From NCBI GenBank assembly GCA_001643675.2, contig LSRY02000014.1, positions 496,001 through 560,000 on the forward strand: DNA of 64,000 bases, read 5' to 3'. How positions within the stretch are numbered: the stretch's first letter is position 1; each line of letters starts with the position of its first letter. The notes below the pieces were generated by a model. The model did no database searches. It was not told the origin of the DNA and saw only the letters and a list, made by a program, of their open reading frames with translations. The position numbers and the translations under genes are program-made. This DNA comes from Monocercomonoides exilis PA203. Lineage: Eukaryota; Protista; Preaxostyla. This document shows, piece by piece, positions 1-10,818 of the stretch.

Positions 1-2908
1 AATGCCTCTGTTCTGTCATGTCCAACAATCGAGTTGTCTTTCTGAGCGATGTTTCTCATGAAGGCGAACAAGGGCTCTTTCACAGAAGCGACAAATGATT
101 CACACACAAAATACATATCTCTTCCGACACTGGCCTTGTTGGCTGAAAACACGATATTGGTGATGGAAAAGGTTGTGGATGACACTTCTGAATCATCCTT
201 GAACTCGATCATAAGTGCCCCGCCTCTTCCTCCAGAACTTGTATCCTCGCTCACAGAGCAGGTGGAGAAATTTGTGTCACTCACTGAAAAGGAGTTTGCA
301 GGGGCAGATGATGCGAATGAGATGCATCCGCCATCTGTTGCAGTCTGTTGGCTCAACTGTTCTGAGTTGATACTGGTGATGGTGCAGTTGGTGAGGGAGA
401 TGGAGAGGGCAGGGGAGGTGGCAGAGGAGAGGACACAGCTGGTGGGGGTGGCTGTGGATGTGATGTGAGTGATGTTGGAGGAGTTGAGAGTGAGAGGTGC
501 TGTGAGGGAGGAGAGGTGGAAGATGCTTTGGCTGTTGAGGGCGAGACTGGTGATTGCTGTGTGGTTGAGGGCGAGGGAGCCAGCAGTGAGGAAGAAGAGG
601 GGGGTTGTGATTGATGATGAAGATGAGGTTGTTCCAGTGATGGTGGTTGTGTTGAGGTTGAGGGAAGGGGAGTTTTCGGAGAGGTGGAAGAGGATGGGGG
701 TGATTTGATTTGAGGAGTTGTGGGCGATGGCGAGGGCAGAGACTGTGAGGGAGCCCTGGGTCTGTTGGAAGAGGGTAGACGAGGCAGATGGATCTGGTGA
801 AGAAGAAGAAGATGAATATGACGAATTTGATGATGTTGATTGTAATGAGTGTGAATGTGAATTTTGTGGTTGGGGAATACCACTGGAGGCAATGGTGATG
901 GCAGTTGAACAGTTTCCTGTGATTTTTGTATCAACAGCGTTGAAGGTGAGTGTTTGAATGGGAGTGAAAGTGGAGCTGAGAAGGGTAATGAAAGCCTCTT
1001 GAACAACATTTAAACCTTCGAGAGCATACTCGATGGTGGCACATGGGATCTGTTGTGGTCTTCCACAGGCATCTGCGTCTGTTCCACTGTTGGAAACTAT
1101 TATTCTCGAAGGAATAAGAGGAATCCAACAGTTGACAGTCTCGTTATCAGCCGCATTATTATTCCACACTCTTTTTGTCGGAGTTGTTGATCCACATTGT
1201 TGGAATGGAGATTGAGTTATGTTGCTTCCATTGAAGAACATATTATTCCCTTTTCCACTAGAAGCGAAGTTACAGTCGAAGAAACAGAATATGATGATAT
1301 TTGTTCCATTTATCCACTCATTTAACAAATGGAAATACATACCAGCTCCACCATAAATTGATGATGCAGTCAATGTATTGCCAATAAACTGGCACTCTTT
1401 TATTGAAAACTGACTTGGTTCACTTTCTGGAGGATTATGAAAAGTCACAGCTCCAGCTGAATCTCCGCCAGTATTTGCAATGCACTTGCATTTTGAAAAC
1501 AAAAACTCACCATTTTGTGGAAAGCTTCCCATGAAAAAATACCAACCTGTTCCACACCAATTTATAATTTAACAATATTCAACTCTGTTACCCGAGAATA
1601 TCCAAACAGAATGTGGTTCAGGATATCCAACATAAACAGCTCCTCCATGATCAGCTGAACAACTTGTGAAATTTGATATTAATATACAAACATCTTTCAA
1701 ACTTCCACAACATACGGCTCCACCATGATCAGTATTTGAACAATTTATAAATAAGCAAGAACTTATTGATAGATTTGCAGTTTTGCAAGAAACCAAAAGC
1801 GCTCCACCATTACTACCTCCACTATTTGAATTTTCCCATTCACACCATTCAAAGCGATGGCTGTTTGCATCAAAAAAATCCAATCTTCCAGGTGCTTTTC
1901 TTTGAGTTTCAGTTCCAATATGAACCTCTGCAGCATTTTCAGAAGAGCGTGTTTGATGAAGGAAAGAGGTGTTGAAAGCAGAGAGAGAAGTGAATGGGCT
2001 GTTGAGGTTTGGAAGGATGGCACCATCGATGGGATTGTGAGTGTGAATGAAGACGGATGAGTAGATGGAGAGGGTTGAGTGAAGAGATAAAGAGGGGATT
2101 GTTTTGATATTGATGTTGGCGTTTGCGGTTGCAGTTGTGGAAGTAGTGAATGGATTTTGTGAGTGAAAGAGAAGGGATTGAAGAGATGGATGGAATTTGG
2201 GTGAGGAGATGTTGGAAAAGAGGGTATCTGAGAGATGGAGATTGAGGAGGATTTGGTGGTGGTGATGGGATTGATGATAGTTATGGAGAGGAGAAGGGGA
2301 AGAGAGGGAAGAAGGAGAAAAAATGAAGGGTTGTGTGAGAGAGATGAAAGAGGAGAAAGAGGAGTGGGAGATGGAGAAGGAGGCAGGGATTGGGGAGTGG
2401 GCATCTGGGAGGAGATTGTTTGGGGTAGAGAAGAAGGGGAAGGAGAGGATGGCTGATTGAGATGCGGTGAGGGAGAAGTTTGTGAAGGAGAGGGAGGCAT
2501 GGGCAGAGAGGAAGAGGGGGCAGTGGTGGTGGTGGTGGTTGTTGGTGAGGGAAGGTGGGTGGATGGTGCAAGTGGAGGAACAGATGGCTGCAGCGGAGTG
2601 GTGTTGGGCAGTGAGGAGTGGACAACCAGCGAGAGGGATGATGTTGAGATGGGTCACACACAAGGAGGTGTTGATAACATTTAGAGTTGTTTGAGCCCCA
2701 CAGATGTGATTGCCAGGTGCATAATTAGCATGCACCATTTCGATTTCAATTTTTTCTTTATCCTTTTCATTTCCATTTGAAGCACTAAATATGCTTTTTG
2801 TATCTCCTCATCACAAATTTGTTGAATTTGCCTTTCTTCAATGACTCTGCCATTGCAGCTGTAAACAACAAGCAATAACAATGAAATAAAATCGAATGCA
2901 ACTTCCAT
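1..2908 (-). pseudogene. Disrupted paralog of the giant Cys-rich beta-helix-like surface protein family (5' part only; runs off the window)
   Basis: ATG 2908 gives a signal-peptide-like start (MEVAFDFISLLLLVVYSCNG). The frame shifts near the T5 run at 2795-2799 into ORF 1569..2738. After a single in-frame TAA (1569-1571) the same frame stays open by manual translation: ...CFFDCNFASSGKGNNMFF..SPFQQCGSTTPTKRVWNN..VSNSGTDADACG..PCATIEYAL. This aligns by eye to YCFFDGNIAGIGNGHDVYI..CPFELSYSTTEKQRVWFN..YVSSNGSDAELLCG..PCKTIERAV in the 43778 gene. GGAL/GGAV repeats are present. Confidence 0.75.
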
Positions 2909-3491
2909 GATGGAATGAATTCTTGCAATAAATGCAGAAGATACTCAAGAGCAAAAATAAAATTTCTTTGCTAACCATATTATGTTAATAATTCGTCATA
3001 TTATTTCTAATTTGGATTCCTTTGAAAATTCAAGCAAACAAATAAGAAATATGAAATATGTGATAATTTTATGTTCAATTTCAGAATTAATTGAGTATTG
3101 CATTGTATTTTTCATTTTTTTTACAAGTATTTTTTAAAAAACAACATTCCAAACAAATTCATATACAAAAAGATTATCCGTTTCAATAAGCGGATAAAGT
3201 TAAACCTAATAAAAAACTGTGTACCTTCGAAACTTGCAAGCATCATTTATAACATCTATTGGGCTAGATGAATAGAAATATAAGAAGACAAAGTGTACAA
3301 ATCATTCAGCTGAATAAAAAAAATTTGAAGTGTAAAAACATATGCAAATCTACTCAAAACAATTGAAATAAAAACAATACAATAATTAGTCATCAAAACG
3401 AGGCGCAGAAAAAAAAACATATCATGAAAGATCTGAGAAAACTGAAATAAACACAAGTTGATTGCTTTCTCTATGTGTTCCACTCAAAACT

Positions 3492-6400
3492 TCAATGAAC
3501 AGGAAATGAAGTTATCTCAGCAGGCGAGGTGTTCGAGACAGCCAAAGGAAGCTGCGCGGAAGAAGGGGCAGAAGCGAAAGCAGCAGCATTTTTAGAAGCA
3601 TTTGACATGTTTGTGGTGGAAGAGGAGGAGAATGTGTGGAGTGTTCTGGGTGAGTCAGGCGAGGCAGAAGAAGCCAGGCGCCCAGCAGACAATGAAGATG
3701 AATAGGTGCCAAGGGCGTCGGTGGCACTCAACTGCCGCTGATGCAGACGCTGCTGCGGAAACTGCCCAGAAAGTCTGAAATGGAGTGGAAAACAAAGGAA
3801 TATATATACATACGTCAATGCACAAATATTTCAAATAAACAAATAAAAAAAAATAGACAGAAAAAAAAAAAACATTAAAAAATTTTGAACATTTCAAAAA
3901 AAGTTAATTATCGCACACCTTCTTGCAATCATTCCTCGCTGTTGGACCTTCGGGCGAACAAAACTGAAAGGAGAAGGCAGAAGACTCGATTGCGGCTGAA
4001 CAGGAGACTCTTCTCTCTTATCAAACTGAAACACTTCTTTTTCTGCTTTCTTTTTGATGTTGCTATTCATTTCATTGGAGACTGTTTTTTTTCCTTTGTT
4101 TTTATTATCATTGCTCTGCTCAGCTGAATATTCAGATGGCAATTTGGAGTTAGACTCAGTCATTCCATTCTCATTGTGATTTTCATTCATTTGTCGTGCA
4201 TTATTAGCTCCTCTTTCAGCTCTATTATTTTTTAACCTGTTTTCCTCTTTGTCTTCATCCTCACTCCCATCTTCCTCACTTTCACTTTCTGCCACAGATG
4301 TTTCAGTTCCACTGATGTCTTCCTCTTCTTCTGCATCAAACAAACTCAGTAGACTTCCATCATTCTCATCTCCTCCTCCTCCTCCTCCTTCATTGTCATT
4401 GTCATCATCATCATCATAATCAGAAATATCTGTTCCACTGTCCAATTGAAACACAACAGCTCCTCTATGTTTTCTCAAAGTAATACTACGTTGTTTGTCT
4501 TCTGATTGCATCCGCTCTTCCTTTTGCAATTTTTCTTCCTCTTCTCTTTCTCTCTTCTCTCTCTTCTCTCTCTTCCTTTTCATCTTTTCAAAGCGTCTCT
4601 CAATGAAAATCCTTCTTTTCCTCCTTCTTTCTCTTCTTTCTTCAGTCGTGTACTGCGAAAGAAGGCTGACAAACTTCGTTTTGCTCCCTCCACGTGTCAG
4701 AGGAGAAGAACACATTGAAGACAACGATGCTGCTGAAGCAGAACCAGACGAACCAGAAGCAGTTGAAGAAGAAGAAAGAGAAGAAAGAGAAGAAGAAGAA
4801 AGAGAAGAAGAAGAAAGAGAAGAAAGAGAAGAAGAAGAAGAAGAATTAGCATTAATATTATTATTATTATTCTCTGCATAAGAGCCAGTGAGAGAAGGGG
4901 TTGCCTTCACAGTGATGCTGAAGGAGAGTGCTTCGTTGAGTCTGCTGATGAGTGTGAGGAGATTCCGAATGAGAGCTGTCTGCGTCTGTGCAGATGCGCC
5001 TGTGTGTGTGGTGGAGGAGGAAGAGGAAGAAGAGGAAGAAGAGGAAGAAGAGGAAGAAGAGGAACGAGAGATGGAACGAGGAGAAATGGCTAAGGAAGAT
5101 TCAGAATTGATTGAGGAGGATGAAGAAGAAGAGGATGATGAAGGAATGAGTGTGTATGTGGGTGAAGCAGGGAAGAGTGGGTCAGCATCAGCCGGTGGCA
5201 GAAGAATGTGCACAAAAGAGTCTTCGTCTGTCTCCTGAGGGGAGGCTGGCTCTGATGGAAGGCTGATGTCGAGATAGGCAGCCATTGAAACAAGACTCGG
5301 GTCATTCAGAACTTCAGATGATGAAGACTTAAAAGAAGAAGAGGAGGAGGAGGATGAAGTGGAAGAAGAAAATGTTGACTGTGAAGAGGTGTTGGATGTG
5401 GATTGAGAAGATATATTTGAATTTGAAGCGGATTGATTCAGATGAGAGGGAGAAGAGGAAGAAGAAGAAGATGCTGATGCATCTGAAACAGAAGAAGAAG
5501 AAGAAGAGGGGGAGAAAGAAGCTGATGTTGATTGTGTTTGTGAATGCTCGCCAGAATGAAGTGACCGAGGCGAGTGAATCATTTGAGCAGATGGCAGACA
5601 GCCAGTTGATGAAGAAGAGGAAGAGGAAGAGGAAGATGATGATGAAATAGAAGAAGAAGAACGACTCAGAGGCGACGGAGGAGATTGTGATTGTGAAGGA
5701 GCAGGTTTTGTGGTGAGCTGCTTCAGAATGTCGTATTCTGCTATTCTGATATGAACATGGCGAACAAAAGAAAGCAGCTGATCATCAGGTTTCTGCGTGC
5801 CAAAGAGAGAGTTAAACAGAGAATAGGAACCAGAAGAGGAAGAGGAAGAGGAGGAGGAGGAAGAAGAAGAGAATGAGGAAGATGATGATGGTGCTATTAA
5901 AGAAGTAGATCTGGATGATATTGTCTGATTAGAAGAAGAAGAAGAAGAAGAGAAGGAAGAAGAGGCGAATGTGTTGGAAGCAGCACGACTGCCAACGGAA
6001 AGAGTTCTTTGATTTGTCTGTGGAGGCTGAGAAGGCTGCTGTTGGGGCGATTGAGGAGGAGAAGGGGTGGAATGAGAAGAGAAAGGAGAGAACTGCTGGT
6101 TGGGCGAGGAGGTTGATGAAGTGGGAGAGGAAGGAGAAACCGAAGAGGTTGAAGAAGAAGAAGATGAGGAGGATGATGTGAATGAAGGAGAATTTGGTGT
6201 TTGTGTGGATGAGACAGAAGAAGAAGAAGGTGATGATGACGATGACAGCTGTTGATGTGAAGAGATTGAATGAAGTGCAGGAAAGTTTGAGGATGATTGC
6301 TGGTTAGAAGGAGGAGGAGAAGATGAAGAAGACGAATGGGTTGATACAGGAAGCTCACCGAAAGACAGCTGTGGATGAGAAGAAGAAGACGAAAAAGAAG

Positions 6401-9400
6401 GCGAAGGCGAAGGAGATGCAGAAGCAGAAATTGAAGAAGAGGAAGGGGTGAATGAGGAAGAAGAAGAGGAAGAATAAGAAGTGGTGATGGCTAGTTGAGG
6501 GTCAGATCCCTGCACAATCCTCAGAATAGGAAGCGGGAACAGCACTCTCAGCTGATCTTCGCTGAAGAAAGGGATGGGAGGGATAAGAAGAGAGATGGAT
6601 TCTGATGAACTCTTTGGAGATGAACTGGAAGAAGAAGAAGAAGAAGAAGAAGAAAGAGATGAGGAGGAAGAGGAAGAGGAGGAAGAGGAAGAGGAGGAAG
6701 AGGAAGAGGAGGAAGAGGAAGAAGAAGATAAAAGAGAATGAGAATGCTGAAGTGTGGTGTGTTGCATTGATGTGGGTGAATTAGTTCTGATTGGAGACAA
6801 ATGAGGTGAAGCAATTGAAGAAGAGGAAGAGGAAGAAGAAGAGGAAAAGGAAGAAGAAGAGGAAGAAGAAGATGATGCTAACATACTATTAACAGATGAT
6901 GTGACACTTGAAAGCTGCTGCATCGACGATGTTGAATACAACAGACTCCATTTTGGATCTTCTGAACGCTCATTCGCATCAGCCCTTTCTCCTCCTCCAC
7001 TTTCTCTTTCTCTTTCTCTATCCCTCTCTTTGTCTCTCTCTCTCTCTCTTTCTCTCTCTCTGTCTCTTCCCTCTCCTTCTCTTCGTTGAATGTGGTGGAA
7101 TGGATTGAAGGCGACGGGGAAGACAAGACGATGGGCAGTTGTTGGGTCTGTCAGATATTCGATGAGATCGATGCTGAGCTGAGGGAAGAGAGATTTGTTG
7201 GCATTTGGGCGAGAGAAAGAAGTGGAGATGGAGGAAGAAAGAGAGGAGGAAGAAGAGGAAGAAGAGGAAGAAGAGGAAGAAGATGATGACGCAGAGGGTG
7301 AATGAATGAAGGAGGAAGAGGATGACTCAGGGAGTGATGGTGGAGGCATTGGACGAGACATCTTTGGGGCAGAAGCAGCACTTCACACAGCATTAATGGT
7401 ATGTGAACATGAAATGAATAATGTTTTAAACAATTGAAGAAAACAACAAATAAATGAAATATTCAATAAATTGAATAAAATAAACAAATAAAATAATTTG
7501 AAGGGAAAAAGTGAAAATTAAAAAGCAAACGGAGTAGTAGAAGAGCCTGTCCTCAGCTGTGTTGGAAACACTCCAATGTGCTCAGGAACAGGACATATCA
7601 CACGAGAAGGCGTAGGAGAAGACGAAGAAGACGAAGAAGAAGAAAAAGAAGAAGGCAGCAGTTCAGCAGGCGCTGGCTGTCTTGAAAGAGTATTCCAGTC
7701 GATTCCTCTGAAAAAAGGGTGGTTTTTTGCCTCGTGCATCGACAGGCGCTTTTTCGGGTCCAGAACAATCAGCTGCTTAATCAGCGAGATCATCTCAGCA
7801 GAGAAACAAGGCGTGCTGTTCTGCTTCTTTCTCTTTCGCTTTCTGTATGATGAGCTGCTTTTGTGGCTTTGTGCATTCACTCCATTGGTTTGTCCTTTGA
7901 TTGTGTTTGGATTTGTTGAAGATGAATTTGTTGTGTTCGTTGAAGTTTTACTATTTGAAGCAGTCTTGTTTTTTGAATTGTTATTTCTCTGCTTTTGAGA
8001 AGGTTCTGTTCCATCTTCTTCGCTGTCTTCAGGCAATCTATTCGGCTCATCTGCTGCTGATGATTTCTCATCAGTTCCTTCTTCATATTCTTCTTCTTCT
8101 TCTTCCTCCTCCTCCTCATCCCCTTCTTCATTGTCCTTATCATCAACATTACTATCAGCATCATCCTCATCTTTTCCGTCATTATCATCTTCCTCCTCCT
8201 CCTCTTCCTCCTCTTCGTCGTCATCATCTTCACTTTCATCTCCCTCCAAACTGTCCAGTTCATCTTCATCAGACGCCTCACCCCCCTTCCGCTGATTCCT
8301 CCTCTCCTCTCTCCTTCTCCTCCGCTTCTCTGCACTGTGCATCCCAGTGAACCTCACAACCCCCTTCTGAATGTTCTGAAACACAAGATATTCTGTCGAC
8401 CCTCCAAAGGGCGGCCTGCCACAGCACAAAAAGTACAGCACACAGCCAATGCCCCACACGTCGCTCTTCTCTTCGACTGCATCACCTCTCAGCATCTCAG
8501 GCGACACATAAAGCGGAGAGCCCACAAACGTCGGCAGCGGCCCAGCTGTGTGGCGCTCGTGCATGGCAGACGATGAATTGCCACTGCGAGCGACACCTGG
8601 ACTCGCCCCTGCACAACTTGCGTTGCTTGATGCGCCTGATGCAGAATCGAGCTCTTTTGCTGTTCCAAAGTCAGTTAAGCGCACATGTCCATCCATACTT
8701 ATGAGTATGTTCTCTGGTTTGATATCACGATGAACAATTCTGATAGAAAATCATAATTTGGTAAAAGAACATCAATCATTGGAAGGTAAATATTATATTT
8801 TAAGAATAGCTCTCACAAAGTATATAAACCTCATTTGATGCAAATAGTCAACAACATCAATTAACTCGGCTGACAAAAATTTAATTGCTTCAAATGAAAG
8901 TTGCTTCTTAAAAATATTTATAAAACATATTAAGATAATCCAAATAAACATAGAAAATCAATTAAAATTGCAAACTTTTGAAAACACAGAAAGATTATAC
9001 GACCCCAATTCATTTACAAAATCTTAGAAAAAGATATAAAACATTAACTGTTCATTTGAATAAAAAGAAAAAAACAAACAAAGACAATGTCCTGATTGGA
9101 ACGCTGCAAAAAATTTAATGATATTCGGATGGTCCAATTTCGCCATTATCTTTTTTTCGGAAAAAACTGCTTGTTCTTTTCCAAATTGTTTAATTCTGTG
9201 CTTATCCATTTCTTTAAGGGCATAACGTTGTCCAGTTTCTTTATAACGAACTCTATAAACCTGAATAAAAAGTTACACCAGAATTACAAGCCATTTAAAG
9301 AAAAAGAGAAAATTTAATATTCATTTATAAAATAAAACATACTGTTCCAAATGCACCTCGCCCAATTTCCACTTCTTCATCAAAATCTGCCCTGGTTATA

Positions 9401-9462
9401 ATCTTTTTATTTTCCCCTCGTTGCGTAGTTTGCTGCCTTCGGGTAGCTGAGGGGGCAGACAT
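3492..9462 (-). CDS. PDK1: PDK1/Pkh-like AGC protein kinase with acidic insert and long Ser-rich C-terminal region (multi-exon)
   Basis: Exons join in frame at GT-AG sites: 9462-9343 (IGRGAFGT), 9260-9080 (YALKEMDK), two small exons (YFVNELGS; AELIDVVDYLH), then IVHRDIKPENILI..LTDFGTAKEL..TFVGSPLYVSPE..KSDVWGIGC..PPFGGSTEYLVFQNI..HPFFRGIDW. A phase-2 intron links ORF 7518..8696 to ORF 3894..7361, and a phase-2 intron 3918-3775 links that to the last exon 3774-3492. DFGTAK, FVGxxxYVSPE and EYLxFQ are PDK1-family hallmarks. Confidence 0.8.
4750..7290 (-). repeat. Coding trinucleotide and dinucleotide low-complexity tracts (poly-Ser; RE dipeptide)
   Basis: Multiple (GAA/GAG)n tracts on the + strand (e.g. 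5013-5063, 6627-6727, 7240-7282) encode poly-Ser on the minus strand. A (CT)n-rich tract at ~7001-7067 encodes the RE/RD repeat. Confidence 0.9.
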
Positions 9463-9674
9463 TGACAATGAAATCAAATGATCCAACCATAATAACTCCT
9501 TGAAAAAGTTTTGATCTTTGTTAACTTTTTAAAAAATTATTATCTCGTTTTATTAAAAAATAAATTACAATTCTTTCTTTATTGTGAAGTGTTTTAATGT
9601 AAAATGCAATTGATTAAAAAATTTGCAGCACAGACAAAAGCAAAAAAATATTTTTTGTTTAAAATTTTTAATAT

Positions 9675-10613
9675 TTAATTCTTTTTCTCATTTTTTGATG
9701 GAGCATTTGCTGCTGGTGCCTTTCCTTTAACAACTTTTGCTTCACTCTTTTTTGATTTTCCTTGTTCAGATTCTGATGAATGTTTTTGCTGTCTGTGTTG
9801 GTTCATTCCAGCCTCTGTTCCAAATGATTTTCCACATTCAGGGCATTTAACGCTTTTCTGATCCTCCTTCTTTTCTGGTTTCTTTTCTTCGCTTTTTGGT
9901 TTTTCTTCTTTTTGCTTTTTCTCGGCTGGCTTTTCCTTTGGTTTCTCTTCTTTCTTTTCTTTCTTTTCATTTTTGTTACCTTTTTCTTCTTTCTTTTTCT
10001 TTGGAGCTTCCAATTGAGCTAAGGATTTCTTTTCCTTTTTGGGGAATTGTGGTTTAATCGACAAACCTTTAGTTCCCTTTCCTTCATCTTCCTCATCACT
10101 TTCTTCTTCTTCATCTTCCTCCTCCTCTTCGTCTAAATCATCAGAATCGTCTTCGTCATCCAAATCAATATCTTCATCTTCATCATATTCCTCATCTTCT
10201 TCATCACTGTCACTGTCAAAATCTTCAAGCTTCAAACGCTTATTTCCTGGAAGCTTCATTTCATCTTCTGACATCTCTTCATCTTCATCGTCGTCATCAA
10301 GATTCATGCCGTCAAGTGGATCCGATGGCATATCTTCTTCAAATCCAGTCAAACAAATTCCGCATGATCCGGTAACCTGTGCCTTGATTTTCTCGTCTTG
10401 TTCAAAAATGAATTGAAGACGAACATTTGGTGCACCATCATGTGACAAATGACAGATTGGAAAATATGTATCATCGAGCAAAAACGAAAGTGTAGCCTTT
10501 CCATCCTTTGGATCCATCAAGCAAGCTCCTGTCACATGAATGAGACGATTTGTTGGCACAGTTTTTTCATACTTTTCACCAGCCTGAATATTCGCTCCAA
10601 ATACTGTAAACAT
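9675..10613 (-). CDS. Nucleoplasmin-like (NPL) domain + acidic tract + Lys-rich region + C-terminal C2H2 zinc finger; HD-tuin/NPL-FKBP-like histone chaperone
   Basis: N-terminal beta-rich ~95 aa (MFTVFGANI..IHVTGACL..FPICHLS..NVRLQFIF..GSCGICLTGF) fits the NPL pattern. It is followed by long D/E runs, a K-rich segment and CPECGKSFGTEAGMNQHRQQKH (C-x2-C-x12-H-x4-H). Confidence 0.8.
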   Translation of the reverse strand: MFTVFGANIQAGEKYEKTVPTNRLIHVTGACLMDPKDGKATLSFLLDDTYFPICHLSHDGAPNVRLQFIFEQDEKIKAQVTGSCGICLTGFEEDMPSDPLDGMNLDDDDEDEEMSEDEMKLPGNKRLKLEDFDSDSDEEDEEYDEDEDIDLDDEDDSDDLDEEEEEDEEEESDEEDEGKGTKGLSIKPQFPKKEKKSLAQLEAPKKKKEEKGNKNEKKEKKEEKPKEKPAEKKQKEEKPKSEEKKPEKKEDQKSVKCPECGKSFGTEAGMNQHRQQKHSSESEQGKSKKSEAKVVKGKAPAANAPSKNEKKN

Positions 10614-10818
10614 AAATTAATATTAAAGATGTTAAAAAACAAAGTGAATGATCAATTGAGAATGACGAAAACATGTTGCATACTCGGCATATTTATAAAA
10701 TATTTATTGTCAAAATTTGATCTTGTGCAAAAGGGGGATTTATGCATATAATAAAATTCCCACATAGTATTTTATCTATCGATCCAAAACTTTTCATTTC
10801 AATTTTTCATGTTGTTTA
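10614..10818. promoter_or_regulatory. Probable bidirectional promoter
   Basis: Only 205 bp of AT-rich DNA separates the divergent ATGs at 10613 (-) and 10819 (+). Confidence 0.55.

Noticed and set aside
49-1215. Plus-strand and alternate-frame ORFs (49..468, 353..1009, 469..708 etc.)
   Set aside because: These are shadows of the real minus-strand frame, kept open by skewed composition.
1569-1571. In-frame TAA as evidence for a TAR=Gln genetic code
   Set aside because: Conserved genes end at TAA/TAG (9675, 21001, 21851), and multi-kb ORFs use CAA/CAG with no internal TAR.
2986-2998. 13-nt reverse-complement match (TGACGAATTATTA) to ~39638-39650 as a shared motif
   Set aside because: Short, AT-rich and at unrelated distances from genes; compatible with chance.
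4495-7290. Poly-Glu/poly-Leu ORFs opposite or overlapping the kinase tail
   Set aside because: Artefacts of (GAA/TCT)n tracts that lack stops.
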